From an uncultured virus (IMG/VR IMGVR_UViG_3300045125_000114) (lineage: Duplodnaviria > Heunggongvirae > Uroviricota > Caudoviricetes), in IMG/VR virus record IMGVR_UViG_3300045125_000114: DNA of 56,833 bases, one strand, 5' to 3'. Each line of letters begins with the position of its first letter. Within the stretch, counting starts at the first letter, position 1. The notes beneath the pieces were generated by a model that did not search any database, was not told the origin of the DNA, and was given only the letters and a program-made list of their open reading frames with translations. Of the stretch, positions 43,355-54,770 are shown in pieces. A program made the position numbers and the translations under genes.

Positions 43355-44094
43355 TCAGTTGTTGGACGGGTCGAACCCGAACTTTCGTTGGGACTTGGTC
43401 TTTTGCAAAGGGGCGATGCTTGCAATTTTATCCAAGTCGAAAATCAGACCGGGTTCTGCGTCACGGACTTCCCATGCGCCATTTTCGATTTCGCTCTCAA
43501 GCTGACCCGGTGCCCACCCCGACATGCCGGTGAAAAGCCGGTACTTATTGTCGGCAGACAGTCCGGCGGCAAAAATCCGAACAAGAACCTGCGGCCCGCC
43601 AAAGTAAATGCCCGGCACAATTTCCGGGTTTTCCCTAAGCGCTTCGGCGAGCGTACCAAACTCTTCGTCATTCTCTTCCTTCTCGAAACCCATGCCGATT
43701 TCGTAGGAATTATCTTCGCCTTCTTCCTCTTCTTCCTCTTCTTCCTACGACCCGGAACGAAGGGGTAATGTCCATGTTCTCGTCGTCCTTTGGAGAACTG
43801 TTCGTAGCCGTGAACCATGAACAGAGAACCTTGCATACCGAGCGGCCCGCCAAGGCGCATGGCAATTGACGTGATGTCCCCGCTTTCTACACGTTCGGTG
43901 ACATCGCCAATGCTTTCGGGCAATTGATCCTTTTTGTCAACGGCACCGAAGGCCACTTGCCCGACTTCGGGACCGTTCAGGATGAACCCGGAAATTCCCT
44001 TGTCGTCGTGCTTGCTGATGAACACGACCGAACCGGCGAAAATCGGGTCGGTGATCGAGGGCTTCGCCACCAACAGCTTGCCTGTGTAATTCAC
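43355..44094 (-). CDS. YqgE/AlgH (DUF179) family protein with an acidic insertion (frameshifted)
   Basis: GKLLVAKPSITDPIFAGSVVFI.KHD.KG..GFILN...LGGPL...RLFTGMSGWAPGQLESEIENGAW. Confidence 0.85.
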
Positions 44095-46195
44095 GATTAT
44101 TCCTCTTTGAGCCGATGAATTTAGTTGTTTGGACAAACCTGTTACTTGTCCTTAATTCGGTATCCGTAAACGTAGTAGTTGTAGCCGTTGCTCACGTTCA
44201 CGCCGCCCATAACGTGACGGAGTTCGACATCCTTGCCGTAGTACAGACTCAGATACAACTGAATCCATTCGGGCGTAAAACCCTTCACCTTTTCATCTGC
44301 CGCCTTGCGAGCAGCCTCGGCCTTCTTGTAGTCCCACTCTTGTAGGCGATCACTGTAGTCGTAACTCAGACCCTTTTCTTCGGCGCCCCAGACTGTGCGT
44401 GCCTCGTTCCAATACGAATTGCTGTAGTGGATGTATGGGAACAGTGGCCTTCATGTTGTGGTTGACGAAAGCGGGGCAGTTGTCCAGTCCTTCAAGTTCG
44501 TAGCCGCCGAAGTCGTTGAAATGAACACGGGTCTTAGCCACTTTATTCGTCCCTTCCGATAACTTTGTTGTAATTCTCTACGGCTTTAAGGTGCGGCTTT
44601 TAGGGTCTGTGGGTTGGGATCGGCGAGGAAAGCCTTATATGCCTCGACCTTGAGATTCAAAGCGTGCAGAATCTTCTTGTCTTCTTCGGTCGGTTTTTCG
44701 TCGGGTCCGAACCAGAACATGACATTTCCTCGCAAAGATACTACCTCACAAAATGTGGGTTGTATACCGATCAAATCGGAATGCTTCTGTCTATTTTCAT
44801 CTCAAGTTCTTCGTACTTAGACAACAAACTAGGCAAGCGAGTGATTGGAGCATCAATCCGCTTCTCGGTTGATGGAATACCCATCAAATCTGCGATTGAG
44901 TACCCGTGTCCGTCCCAATTTTTCAAGAGAACGTTTTTCCTCTTTAAGATCGGACCATTCCTTTGCACCGCCGTGAGAGCCGTGGATGCCGTGAATCGGG
45001 AATAAAACGTAATGAGGCATCGACCAATACAAATCAAGAACTGTTCCCAACAAAGTGTTGGGCTTCTTGAAAATTACGCCCGTCCCAATCGTGATCCGTA
45101 CAAACAGACACTATCTCCACACTCGGTAGGACTGTAAAACATCGTGTCCGACAGAGCACGTGAGTGGCTTGTTGTGGAAAAACAGTCTCAGTGACATCAT
45201 CGGCTGCCCGTAGTACAAAAAGCCGCCGGGCTTCCTGTAATACTACCACAAAAGTATAGTACGGATACCATACTGTGGCGATATATGGGCGTAACGTGGT
45301 ACTGTCCTTGAGACAATAAATGGAACGGCGTTCAGGCTCGCTACTATTGATGGAAAGACAACGACCTTTATCGTAGGTGTTGTCAAGATCGAGATTTGTG
45401 ATATCGCAGATTCATTGCGACCTCAAAAACGCCTCAGTTTGGAGGGACAGTCGTCGTAATTCAGAACCACACTCTCGTCAGGCTTGGCACGAGCAACTTT
45501 CTTCTGTCCCCACGCCACGATAGCAGCTTTCCATCGGCGAAAATACAAAATCGCCTCTTGAGCCGACTCATACCGACATTGACTGTAGAAATGATCGGTT
45601 TTTAGACGAGTTCATCGGCTGATACTGCCACCACAGCCCGTTCTTGTTCGGGCAAAAGTTGTGACGGAGAATGGCCCAGCGGTCGGGGCCACCGTCGGGA
45701 TTGCCCATGTTCTTGACCGTAACCATCGTCGGCTTGTCGTCAAACGGCTTTCAGGCGGATCAAGAAAGCCTACCGGAAACGATAGGCTCTGGTCCCACGT
45801 TGAATTCGCACGCCATTTCTAACAGTTCGGCGTCTGTAACTTTTTCCATGTCAATCACCAGCGAGTTTGGACTTCAACCACTCGTCGTTTTTCTTCTTTC
45901 GCTCTGGCGTCCACCACGAGCGAAAGTCTGTTCACACTTGTGACGACTCTTTCCACAACTCTCTTCTGCTGAAATGTCTACGAGTAGATTTTGCCACTGC
46001 GCCTCTTCTTGATGTCGGTCGCCTGTCCGAGACAGGGACAGAATCTTGTCGAAGCCATCCGTGTAGGAAACGTCTTTTTCAAGCACCGTTCCGTCTTTGG
46101 TAAGATCATAAAGAACGGTGTAGGTTTCGTCCCTTCTTGCCGACGGTCGAAAGGCGATAAAGTAGCCATTTTTCTCTCTGTTAAAAAAGAAACAG

Positions 46196-46266
46196 CGTCC
46201 CGTGCAGGAGTTGAACCCGCTTCTTCCGGGTTAGAGCCGGAGGCACAGCCGATATACCAACGGGAC
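46196..46266 (-). tRNA. Amber suppressor-type tRNA, anticodon CUA (Glu-like acceptor stem)
   Basis: GTCCCGT-TG-GTAT-ATCGGCT-GTGC-C-TCCGG-CTCTAAC-CCGGA-AGAA-GCGGG-TTCAACT-CCTGC-ACGGGAC-G; complete cloverleaf, CCA not encoded. Confidence 0.85.
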
Positions 46267-46270
46267 AAAA

Positions 46271-46347
46271 TGCCCTCACCGGGATTTGAACCCGGACTGA
46301 CGAGAGTTTTAGAGACCCGCGCACTACCGTTGTGCTGCTAAGAGGAT
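46271..46347 (-). tRNA. Second tRNA with CUA anticodon (Trp-like anticodon arm; imperfect)
   Basis: D arm GCAC-AACGGTA-GTGC, anticodon arm CGGGT-CTCTAAA-ACTC, T arm CCGGG-TTCAAAT-CCCGG. Acceptor pairs 5 of 7; small duplications may be read errors. Confidence 0.65.
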
Positions 46348-46351
46348 CGAA

Positions 46352-46420
46352 ACAGCGTCGGGGATCGAACCCGATTTTTCACTACTCCCGTAGTTACTAC
46401 CGCCCATCCGCAGCGTGCCG
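46352..46420 (-). pseudogene. Degenerate tRNA-like element (T arm only)
   Basis: TCGGG-TTCGATC-CCCGA T arm and the same trailer CGCTGTTTC as tRNA 1; no acceptor or anticodon arm recognisable. Confidence 0.4.
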
Positions 46421-46426
46421 AAAACC

Positions 46427-46460
46427 GACCCAGAGCAAAAAAGACGCCGGTGCAACATTT
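46427..46460 (-). promoter_or_regulatory. Partial bipartite motif, copy 9, upstream of the tRNA cluster
   Basis: AAATGTTGCACC-ggcgtcttttttgc-TCTGGGTC; downstream half degenerate. Confidence 0.45.
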
Positions 46461-46713
46461 TAGGCCATTTTTCTTCGAGTCGGCGGATCAACTCTTCTAC
46501 ACTATCGAAGGAAAGACGGAGAGTGTCGTCGTCGTTGAAAATGTCGCCCATCAAGGCGTCTGCGTACTGCTTGCCGGGCTCCCGGAAAATGCAGCAGCAG
46601 TTCGCCGCAAAATCCGTCGCCAAGATGTAGCTGCATCTCAACGGTTCGTTTGCCGTTTTTCTTCTGATTCCTCGGCCCACTTGTTGAGAGCGTCGAACAC
46701 AAACTGGAACGTT

Positions 46714-47013
46714 TTAAGCTTGTCCATTGAAAAAGTCCTCAACGGTCAAGCCCTGATAGATGTCGAACAGTTCGTCACTTTCTGCAAAGTGGTCCGTCGT
46801 ATACGGCATCCAGCCGTAATCGTTCTTTGGAACATCTGCAAGGGTCTTGACCCATGTAATTTCGCCGTCCGTGACCGTCAGATTGAATTCCTTCCAAGGC
46901 ATTGAACCCGGATCTTGGTGCGAAAAGGCACTGCGGATCGCACGCTCGTTGTCCGTTTCACTGTAAAGGTACAGGTCTAGGTCGGGGTCGCCACGACTCA
47001 GCCTGAACAGCAT
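46714..47013 (-). CDS. Hypothetical protein
   Basis: MLFRLSRGDPDLD...; about 99 aa within the array. Confidence 0.5.
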   Translation of the reverse strand: MLFRLSRGDPDLDLYLYSETDNERAIRSAFSHQDPGSMPWKEFNLTVTDGEITWVKTLADVPKNDYGWMPYTTDHFAESDELFDIYQGLTVEDFFNGQA

Positions 47014-47327
47014 TACGTTGTCTCGCACTTGTCTTCCTCAATTGCGGCCAAGAAAGAGGCTTGCGTCTTCGTGCAAAACGCACACCCAAGAATGTGATTG
47101 CTTTCCTCGGCTGTCCACTCTTCGCTGAACTTTGCGACCCGGCAAAACCGGGCTGTGCTCGGACAGTCGTCAGTTTGCTTTGGAGTGCCGCTTGGGGCGT
47201 GAGCGGCGTCAACAGCCGCCATCGCACGCAAAACAGTCGCAACCTTTTCTTGGTCTATCATGACACACCAAATAAAAGCCGGGCACTTCCCGGGCTAACT
47301 TCTACTACAGAGAGGTCAAGTTGTAAA

Positions 47328-47815
47328 TCAGATTCCCAGACCCGGCTCGAACGTGCCTCGTGCGTTTCGGTAAGACTCGATCAAATTGATCGGCATCCAA
47401 GAGGCACACTCTCAGACCCTTCGACCAACTTTTTCAACTCGTCAAACGTCACCCACTGCCAGCCCTCACACTTGTCCGGTTCGGCATTGACCGGCTCGCC
47501 GCTGACCCAATTGGCCGCAAGGAAAATGGTGATATAATGCTTCCTGTACTGAGGCATTATGTCGTTTGTGACAAACCATTCCAACCGATTCTTGTTGAAA
47601 AATTGGAAAGAAACCTTGAAGTCAGGGCCGCACTCTTCTTCGAGTTCACGGTGCCCACAGTCCAACAGAGTTTCCCCAAAATCAAGGTGCCCGCCGGGGG
47701 AAAGAAAACAGGCCGGAAGCGCGTGCCGCTCGCGACGACCGACAAGCACTTTGCCGTCCTTGACTACGATGATGCCGGTTCCGACACGGACTTGAGGTGC
47801 GAAAGCAATTTCCAT
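47328..47815 (-). CDS. NUDIX hydrolase, NUDT15/MutT-like (frameshifted)
   Basis: VRVGTGIIVVKDGKVLVGRR...PGGHLDFGETLLDCGHRELEEECG...HYITIF...EPDKCEGWQW. Confidence 0.88.
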
Positions 47816-47821
47816 TTTTGT

Positions 47822-48476
47822 TCCATCACAGGGGTTTGAATTCGATCCCATCGAGATGAGGGACCATGTCTTTGATCTTGTAACCGAAACAGAACAGCGG
47901 GATGAAATCAACCGCACCTTTCATCGAATCCTTCCAAAGTTCAAAACGGGCAGAATCGTGGCTCTGCGTAGAAAACACTCTGCCAATAACCCGAAACCTA
48001 CTGCGTCTGCCAGTTGCGGGAGTGTCTTGTAAGAAGGCTCAACAGAGTTGCCCATGCAGACGTTCAGGTACTCGCCTTCGTAATTTCCAAGAGGCAGAGC
48101 GTGGAGTGTAGCTTTTGGATCGTTCGGGCAATCAAGGCTGAAAACCGATCTGCGTGTTGAAATAAACGAATCTGGTCGTGTGTTTTTCGTGTACTATCCC
48201 GTATCGCACGATGAAAGTTGTATACGGAAATTCGAGACGAACGAAAGCCGGAGACTCGGTGCCTCGAACCTTAACCTGTATAGTTCTAGTTTGAGGCTTT
48301 TGAGTCAAAACCAGATAGTTGATAGAACTCATGCAGCCACGATCTTCCATGCCGTACCGCTGGTAATTGCAGCGTACACCCTTGGCTATATCCGCTCGCA
48401 TCGCTTTCGGTCTGCGAATCAGCCGGACGAAAAAACGTGTGAGCGGATTATACCTGAGCCAGTGTAAAATACTCAT
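47822..48476 (-). CDS. Hypothetical protein, weak resemblance to prokaryotic E2 family D
   Basis: RLEFPYTTFIV...LHALPLGNY...NVCMG pattern; frameshifted. Confidence 0.35.
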
Positions 48477-48537
48477 GATATTATCACCTTAAAAATAAAA
48501 TGTGACCGCCAAGTTTGGCAGTCACATTTCAATAAGA

Positions 48538-50612
48538 TTACTGCTCGTCAGAGGGTGCGGCTTCCTTCTTCTTTCCGTTGACAGCTTCCTTGTCTTTTTC
48601 CGACCACGAAGCCGTCAATTCCTCAAGGGCTTCGCCGACCTTGTCGGTCGCCTCTTGCACTTCACGCTGGAGGGCGGGCAGCTTGTCACGCTGAATCGAC
48701 CGGAGCAGAGACTTCGTTCTCGCCCAACTCCCGCCGCCACTGGTCGGCCTGCGTCTGGTGCCCTTGCGGGATCAACTTCAACAGTCGCTCCTGTTCTTCC
48801 TTGGTGTTGGTGACGGCGGTGTTGTACTCGTTGATCTTCTGACGGAGTTCTTGAACCCGTTGCTGCAAGCCCAGAACGTTTTGGATCGGACCCCGCTTCG
48901 ACAGCGGATTCTTCGTGGCGACGATGTTCTGTTCGATCCACCAAGCTGCCACTGTTGGAATCCAGCGAGTACCCGTTCTGTTGCAGGCTGTCTTCCTTCA
49001 CGGTGACGTTCAACTCGCCCTTCTTGGCGAGAGTGGAGTTGATGCGTCACCCGCTGGCCGTCTCAACATACGTCACGCCCTCGGACACTTCCAGAGTGGA
49101 ATTCCTCAAGGTGCGAGGGTGTTCGATTTCCATCGAAAACTCTTCGTCCTTGTTGTTCACCACCGTGTAAGTGGTCACGGACGTACTGGCCTGTTCACAG
49201 TAGGCGACACCGCCCTTGATTTTGATGGAAACTCGGCGGCTCTCCACCGGCTTCACGTCACGATGCACCTTCACGCCGGTTTCCTTGGCGTGGACGATGA
49301 AGGATTCCTCCCCGGTCGGGTGGCTTCCAAAATGGCCTTGCCTTGGAAGTCGCCGTCGAACGAAACTTCGCACACGCCCTTGTTGAGCGAGTAGGTCGTC
49401 TCGTTCTTCAGCTTCACCGCCCGGAACGGACGCTTGGGGTCACTTTGGAATTTGTAAACCAAGATCGGCTTGGCTTCCGACAACTCGGCCCGGAACATCG
49501 GAACGATGGCCGACTTCTTGCTCCCGACGTTCATCTTGTTGGGAGAAGTGAACACGGAGAAGTCGCCACTGTCCCGCACATCCGCCTGCTGCTGTTGAGC
49601 CTGCGGCCCGTCGGCAGAAACAGAAAAGGCTTCAAGCCGCCGCCGTCATCACAGTATTCAACGTCGAGGCTGGCAGTACCGGAAGCACACTGTTGGAGCG
49701 AATAGGCGTCGTCGCCCGAATAACCCTTCGGCATTGCACCGCCACGGGCCGCTGCTCGTGCCATGCCCATAGGGGCGGCGAATCGCTGACGGTTAATTGC
49801 GTCCTCGACGCCGACAGCGCTTTGGGCCTTATCGTTGACGACGTTGATCTTCGTGCGGGCCGGGCGGCGGATTTCGGCCAAGTCCGTCGAAAAGTTGATG
49901 GGTTCTCCGGTAATCACGGAGATGATCGTGTCCTTCCAGTCGTCGTCGGTGTCGTTGTCTACGACGGCCTGTCCGACGAGTTCGGCCTTGCCCTTGTTGA
50001 TGCGAAGGTGGTAGCGACTCTTCCAAGCCGCAACCGGCACGGAGTAGGTGACGAGCGTGTTGCGTTCGGCCCCGACCGGAACGATGGTCAGGTCAACAAA
50101 ACTTGCGTCGGGCTTGATGGTCTGGTAGACCTTGTTCAGCGGCGCTCTTCATACTCGGCTTGGTCCCGCTCATCGAGGAACGAAATGGAAGAGATTTCCT
50201 TTTCGTCAATCGACTTGATGCCTTCGTTCGTCAAAACGACGACCTTCAGCCGTTCGGAAGTCATACCGTTGGCGTTGGTTTCCTCGTGAGAGTGAACACC
50301 GGCCAACTTGCCTTCCACAACGCTGGAATAACGCACCTTGACCCGGCTACCGGCCAACTTTACGAGCGTGTCCTTGAACGCCTTGGCGGGGTCGATCTGC
50401 AACTTCGTGTCAACGGCGGTGACCGGAGTGGGTAGCCCGGCGGTACGGGAAGGTTGACATCTCTGCGCAGTACACGCTGATGGACGAAACAACGTCGTCC
50501 AAGTCGGTCTTCTTTGACCGGAATCGTAACTTTCAATTCACTGCCTTCTGATCTGGTATTCCCGTTCGATAGCGGCAGTACCATTGCTGCAAAGCTTCAC
50601 GGAGTTCGACAT
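48538..50612 (-). CDS. DUF4139/DUF4140-like protein, about 690 aa (frameshifted)
   Basis: VKL.SNG.A, DLDDVV.S, TYSVPVAAWKSRYHL, GQAVVDNDTDDDWKD..ISVITGEP..F, KKSAIVP, PFRAVKLKN. Confidence 0.78.
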
Positions 50613-51989
50613 CACTGACCTCGAAACTGGTTAAAGAAGTCCCACCGCCGCCTTCGCCAGCTTCACGCTTGCTCATGCCGAGCGGGTTCGAGAGAGCCGC
50701 CGCAGTGAACGACTTGCCGCGTTGCAATGGTGCCGGTAGCGATGACAGCCTCTCGCAAAAGCAGTCGAGTTGTGCGGGTCGCGGAAGTCGACGCCCCATC
50801 TTATCGAAAACTTGACTCCCTTCGACTGCAGAAGGTGATCCGCTTCGCCCGTAGGGAATTACGAACCCCTGATCGCCTTCAGCGATTTCCTCTTCGCACC
50901 AAGAACACGGGTGCCCGGCCGGTGTCGCTGGGTGCATTCGTGATTGTCACGAATGTTCGGGGACCACTGGCTTTCCAAGTATTTCATGTTAGTCGTCTGT
51001 GGTTCGACGGTGTTTGATTCTCATGAACTTGCTCGCCGGGGGCGGTTCGGCACCGGCGGGGGCGATCCACTCAAAATCCTTGTACTCGAAAAATGCCCTG
51101 TTTGGCCCAATGCTCGATGGCTTCGAGAATCACGTTTTCACGGGCATCGGGACTCAGCGCCTTGAGCCACGCAAACAATTCTTTGTTGTCTGCGTCCGTA
51201 CAAACCAACATGATGACATTAGGCTTCCGACAACCAGTCCCTAGAGAGCAAGAGAGAGAAAAACGGAAAACGGAGTCCCGCAACAAAGGAACCATCGTCT
51301 TGGACTTGTAGGTTTTCGTTGCGGAACAGTTTGCGGTTCACGCCAGCAGTTTCCGGCGTTGAGAACCACAGCTTGTGTCTGGTTCAAGTCCAATTCCTGC
51401 ATCGTAAGGTCGTGCATTTCTGGCTGATTGATTCCGGCCTTCTTCAAGGCTTCAATCAGAAGCGATCTTAGCGGCGTGGTGCGAATCTCTGGCGCGATTG
51501 TCACCGAAGACACGCCGACCGGCCACAAACCACGAAAGTCGGTACAGGTGAAAACTCGGTTCAACGTATTGCCTTTGCGACAATGCTTCGGGAACAGTTC
51601 CAGCTTGTCGTAGACCGGACGCCCGACGACGTAAAACAACCAGAAATACCGCTTGATTTTGTCTCTTGACGACCACTTGTTCCGAATTCTTTTCGGCCAA
51701 CAAGATATTGACTTTTGTTGTGTCTTCCCCGTCACGCAAAGTCAGGACGGCGGGCACACGTTTTTTTGAACAGGGTGATTGTACCCCTGAATCGGCCAAG
51801 AATCAAAAGACAATTCAGCCCCGGACCCGAACGCCGTCGATGTAATCTTCGGGCCTGGTCGTTCGGGTCCGGGGCGGCGTACTCGTCCACAATTCAGGTG
51901 ATGCCCCGAGGCACACCGACGCATCAATCGTCTTGTGCTTGCCGACGTTCAGCCAGCATTTCTCGAATTTGTGCCGCTCGATCATGGCA

Positions 51990-52810
51990 GAATTCTACCA
52001 CGGCGGGGCGGCTTTGTAAATCACGAACTGGAACTGTCCGCTTCGGTCTTTTCTTCGGACACCGGCTTATCAGAAACCTTCGATTTGCTGCTGAAAGCCC
52101 GAAGCTTACTGCGGTTCTCGGTCATGTTCGCACTACCGGTATCGTACAGGCTCTTGCTGGCGTAATTTTCGTAGGTTTCCGAACCGGCAGTAGCGTAGGC
52201 GACTGCACCGAGAACGTCGCCAGATTCTTTGAGAGTTTTCGAGGATCAGCAGCGGCGTCTCGGACAGACCGGACACTTCTTCCCAGAACTTATTGACCAA
52301 CGTTCGATGCTCGCTAAAAGGCACTGCATCGGAAACACGTTCACGTTCGCCGCCTTCAACGCCTTGACCTCTTCCTTCCAGTTGAGGTGGTCAGTGTTGC
52401 CGGGGTAATTGACACCCGTGAGGTTCGTCATCGCCGATCAGCACGGGGAGCCGCCCTCTTTCGGCCACGACATCGAACGGGCACGGTTCAGCGCAACTCG
52501 TAACACTCCGGGGCATCACCCCGCCGGTGTTCGGAGTCGTGTTGATGGTCAGCGATCTTTTCAAGGTCGTCGGTCAAGTCCAAAACCTTGATGGCATTGT
52601 CGCCGTCACAGTAATCGCCGTGAGCGATCAGACCGATCTTCACGTCCACCTTGTCTTGGCGTAACATTTCAACCACGTCACGAAGCTGCTGGCGAACCTG
52701 TTGGATACAAGGGTTCGTGCTTTCCTGTAGTATCAAAACTGAAAACAATAGCAGCCGATTGGCTGATGTTTGCCGCCTATGTCTTTTGCGGTATCTTTCT
52801 TTTCGCTCAC
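51990..52810 (-). CDS. vWA domain protein (frameshifted)
   Basis: AIVFSFDTTGS (MIDAS), IGLIAHGDYCD, GGDAPECYELAL, LIGDDEPHG...LNWKEEV. Confidence 0.82.
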
Positions 52811-53511
52811 GAGAGTTCTCTAGTAGGAATCGACAAACACTAAATCAAATCTCCGACCTTCATCGAAATCGGATAGTCTTCGCCCTGCTTCACAAAATAA
52901 CCTACCAGCTTCTTGTCGTCAAGCATGTGCTTGATGTAAAGCTAGCTAGTCTTGCGAGAAAATTGGTATTTTGCGTGCCTGACACCGAGGACGAACAGGC
53001 CGGTGAGCATGTCGGCGTAGCCGTAAGACGCTACGGCCAGTTGCATGTTGCAGGTCGGTATCGTGCGACTCGATCAATGCTTTCCCGGTCCAGCCGTCTT
53101 GATTGGCCTTCCCGAACAAGTGACGGGCGAGACGGTTTGCCCGTCCGTCATGATCGGCTTTTCTTTGAACAAGAACGTGTCTTCGGGTCGCAAGTCGAAC
53201 GGAATGATCTTTTGGTTCACGGCCGAACCGAGCGTTGCGACTTGGCTAATTTGCATGGGACCACTCTTAGAGAGCGCTACGGCCCGTCACGACACACGAG
53301 TTGTCGTCGGCCTTTATTCGGTCGATTGACCACCGATACACGCCACGACCCACGAAGTTGTTCGCCATGAACTCTAACGAAAACGACAGGTCTGTGAGGA
53401 TCGTGTCGGGCGGGCACGCAATCACACAGGAGTCACGGGTCGAAAGTTACAGTAGGCACGGTTTATCTCTCCGGGGTTAAAAGACTATACCCGGAAATTT
53501 CAGTTTGTGGA

Positions 53512-54156
53512 CTACTCTCCGTACTGTTCCCAACCCGATCCCGAAAACTTCCTTCAGCTTCTCAAGGTACTTCAAGGTTTGGGCCTTCCTGTACCAAAGG
53601 TCGTGCCCCCTCGCCACCTTTTGCAATCACGCCCTCAACCAGATCGTGCTTTCCGTTGCGAACATCCTGAATGAAAGCTTCCCGTAAACGGGCCTTCGTA
53701 AATTACCGCCGGTGTTCCCAGACTGGAAAAAGGTCGACGAACTGGCGTGGCGGAATAAACCCCACGCTTGTGTACGTTTACATCAAAAAGGACAAGCTGC
53801 TTCGGATCGTTGCTCTCGACCCGGAGGAACGTAGCGTCGTGCTTGCCTGCGAAGCTGTGAGGACCGAAAAACTCGGCGTAGGCGATCATGTTTTCGACCT
53901 TGCGGAGAGTGTCCCGCACGGCCTTCTCAACCCCGTCTGCATACTTGTTGAGGAACAAGTCGATGGCGCAGCGCCGTATTCGGGGTCGGTGTGATCAGAA
54001 CAAACGACGGCGGGTTGCCGAACTTAGCACCACCCGGAACGAGGGTTCCACGCGAAACGTAGATTTGAGCCGTCCAACTTGTCGAAAGCGATGCAATGTT
54101 CCGCTGCAACATGCTTCGATCTTAGACGGGCCAAGAATCTTCGGATGCTCTTTCAT
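53512..54156 (-). CDS. RNA ligase, Rnl2-like nucleotidyltransferase (frameshifted)
   Basis: AFDKLDGSNLR (motif I), AYAEFFGP, LVLFDV, IYEGPF, EGVI.K; appears to end WEQYGE-TAG. Confidence 0.72.
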
Positions 54157-54393
54157 GTTATCCCATCGACATGATGTACGCTTTGAAAATAACAAAAAGG
54201 AGAAAACGGCGTTCAAAACTGCACAGAGTTTTCTTTTCTCATCCGTACCAGTCCGCAGAATATTTGGCTACACAATACCACATTGTACTACGGTCGCTGG
54301 CGAAAACCCAAAGAATCTCCCGCAGCCTGAAATTCGATGTTCGATCTGTCAAAATCCCGGTGCGACAATCGAACATTTGCCTATCGGCTTCCA

Positions 54394-54747
54394 CTAATTC
54401 AGCAGACTCGGCGTGTGGAGGGTGATGCTGTTGCTCTTATTCGCAGCGATGGAAAACCAGTGCAGAACTTCGGCCGGATGTGGAAACATGACATCAATCG
54501 GGCCGAGCGACGAATCGACCAAGACCAGACTTGCATTCTTGGGAATTTCGCCAGAAGCCCTTAGAACTACCACATCGCCAAAACTGCCCTGCTGGTTGTC
54601 GATGGCCGAAATAACAGCTTGATGGCCGTTCTCGGCGTCTTCTCGACGTGTTATTCTGATCCCCTGTCCTTCAAACCTTGCTTTCAAGATGAAGGAACCG
54701 GATCGTCTGAAAGCCTGATTCTGTCGGGACTTCTGCTGAGGCCCATG
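54394..54747 (-). CDS. Hypothetical protein
   Basis: ORF with AGGAG SD downstream of smpB. Confidence 0.45.
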   Translation of the reverse strand, partial: HGPQQKSRQNQAFRRSGSFILKARFEGQGIRITRREDAENGHQAVISAIDNQQGSFGDVVVLRASGEIPKNASLVLVDSSLGPIDVMFPHPAEVLHWFSIAANKSNSITLHTPSLLN

Positions 54748-54770
54748 AATTATCTCCTAACTAGGGTGTC

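Noticed and set aside
43715..43750. (CTT)n/(CTC)n low-complexity tract as a DNA repeat element
   Set aside because: It encodes a poly-Glu linker inside the YqgE-like gene.
46271..46347. tRNA-Pyl or a pyrrolysine system
   Set aside because: The loop CTCTAAA matches, but the D loop GG and the TTC T loop are canonical rather than Pyl-like, and no pylS or pylBCD was seen.
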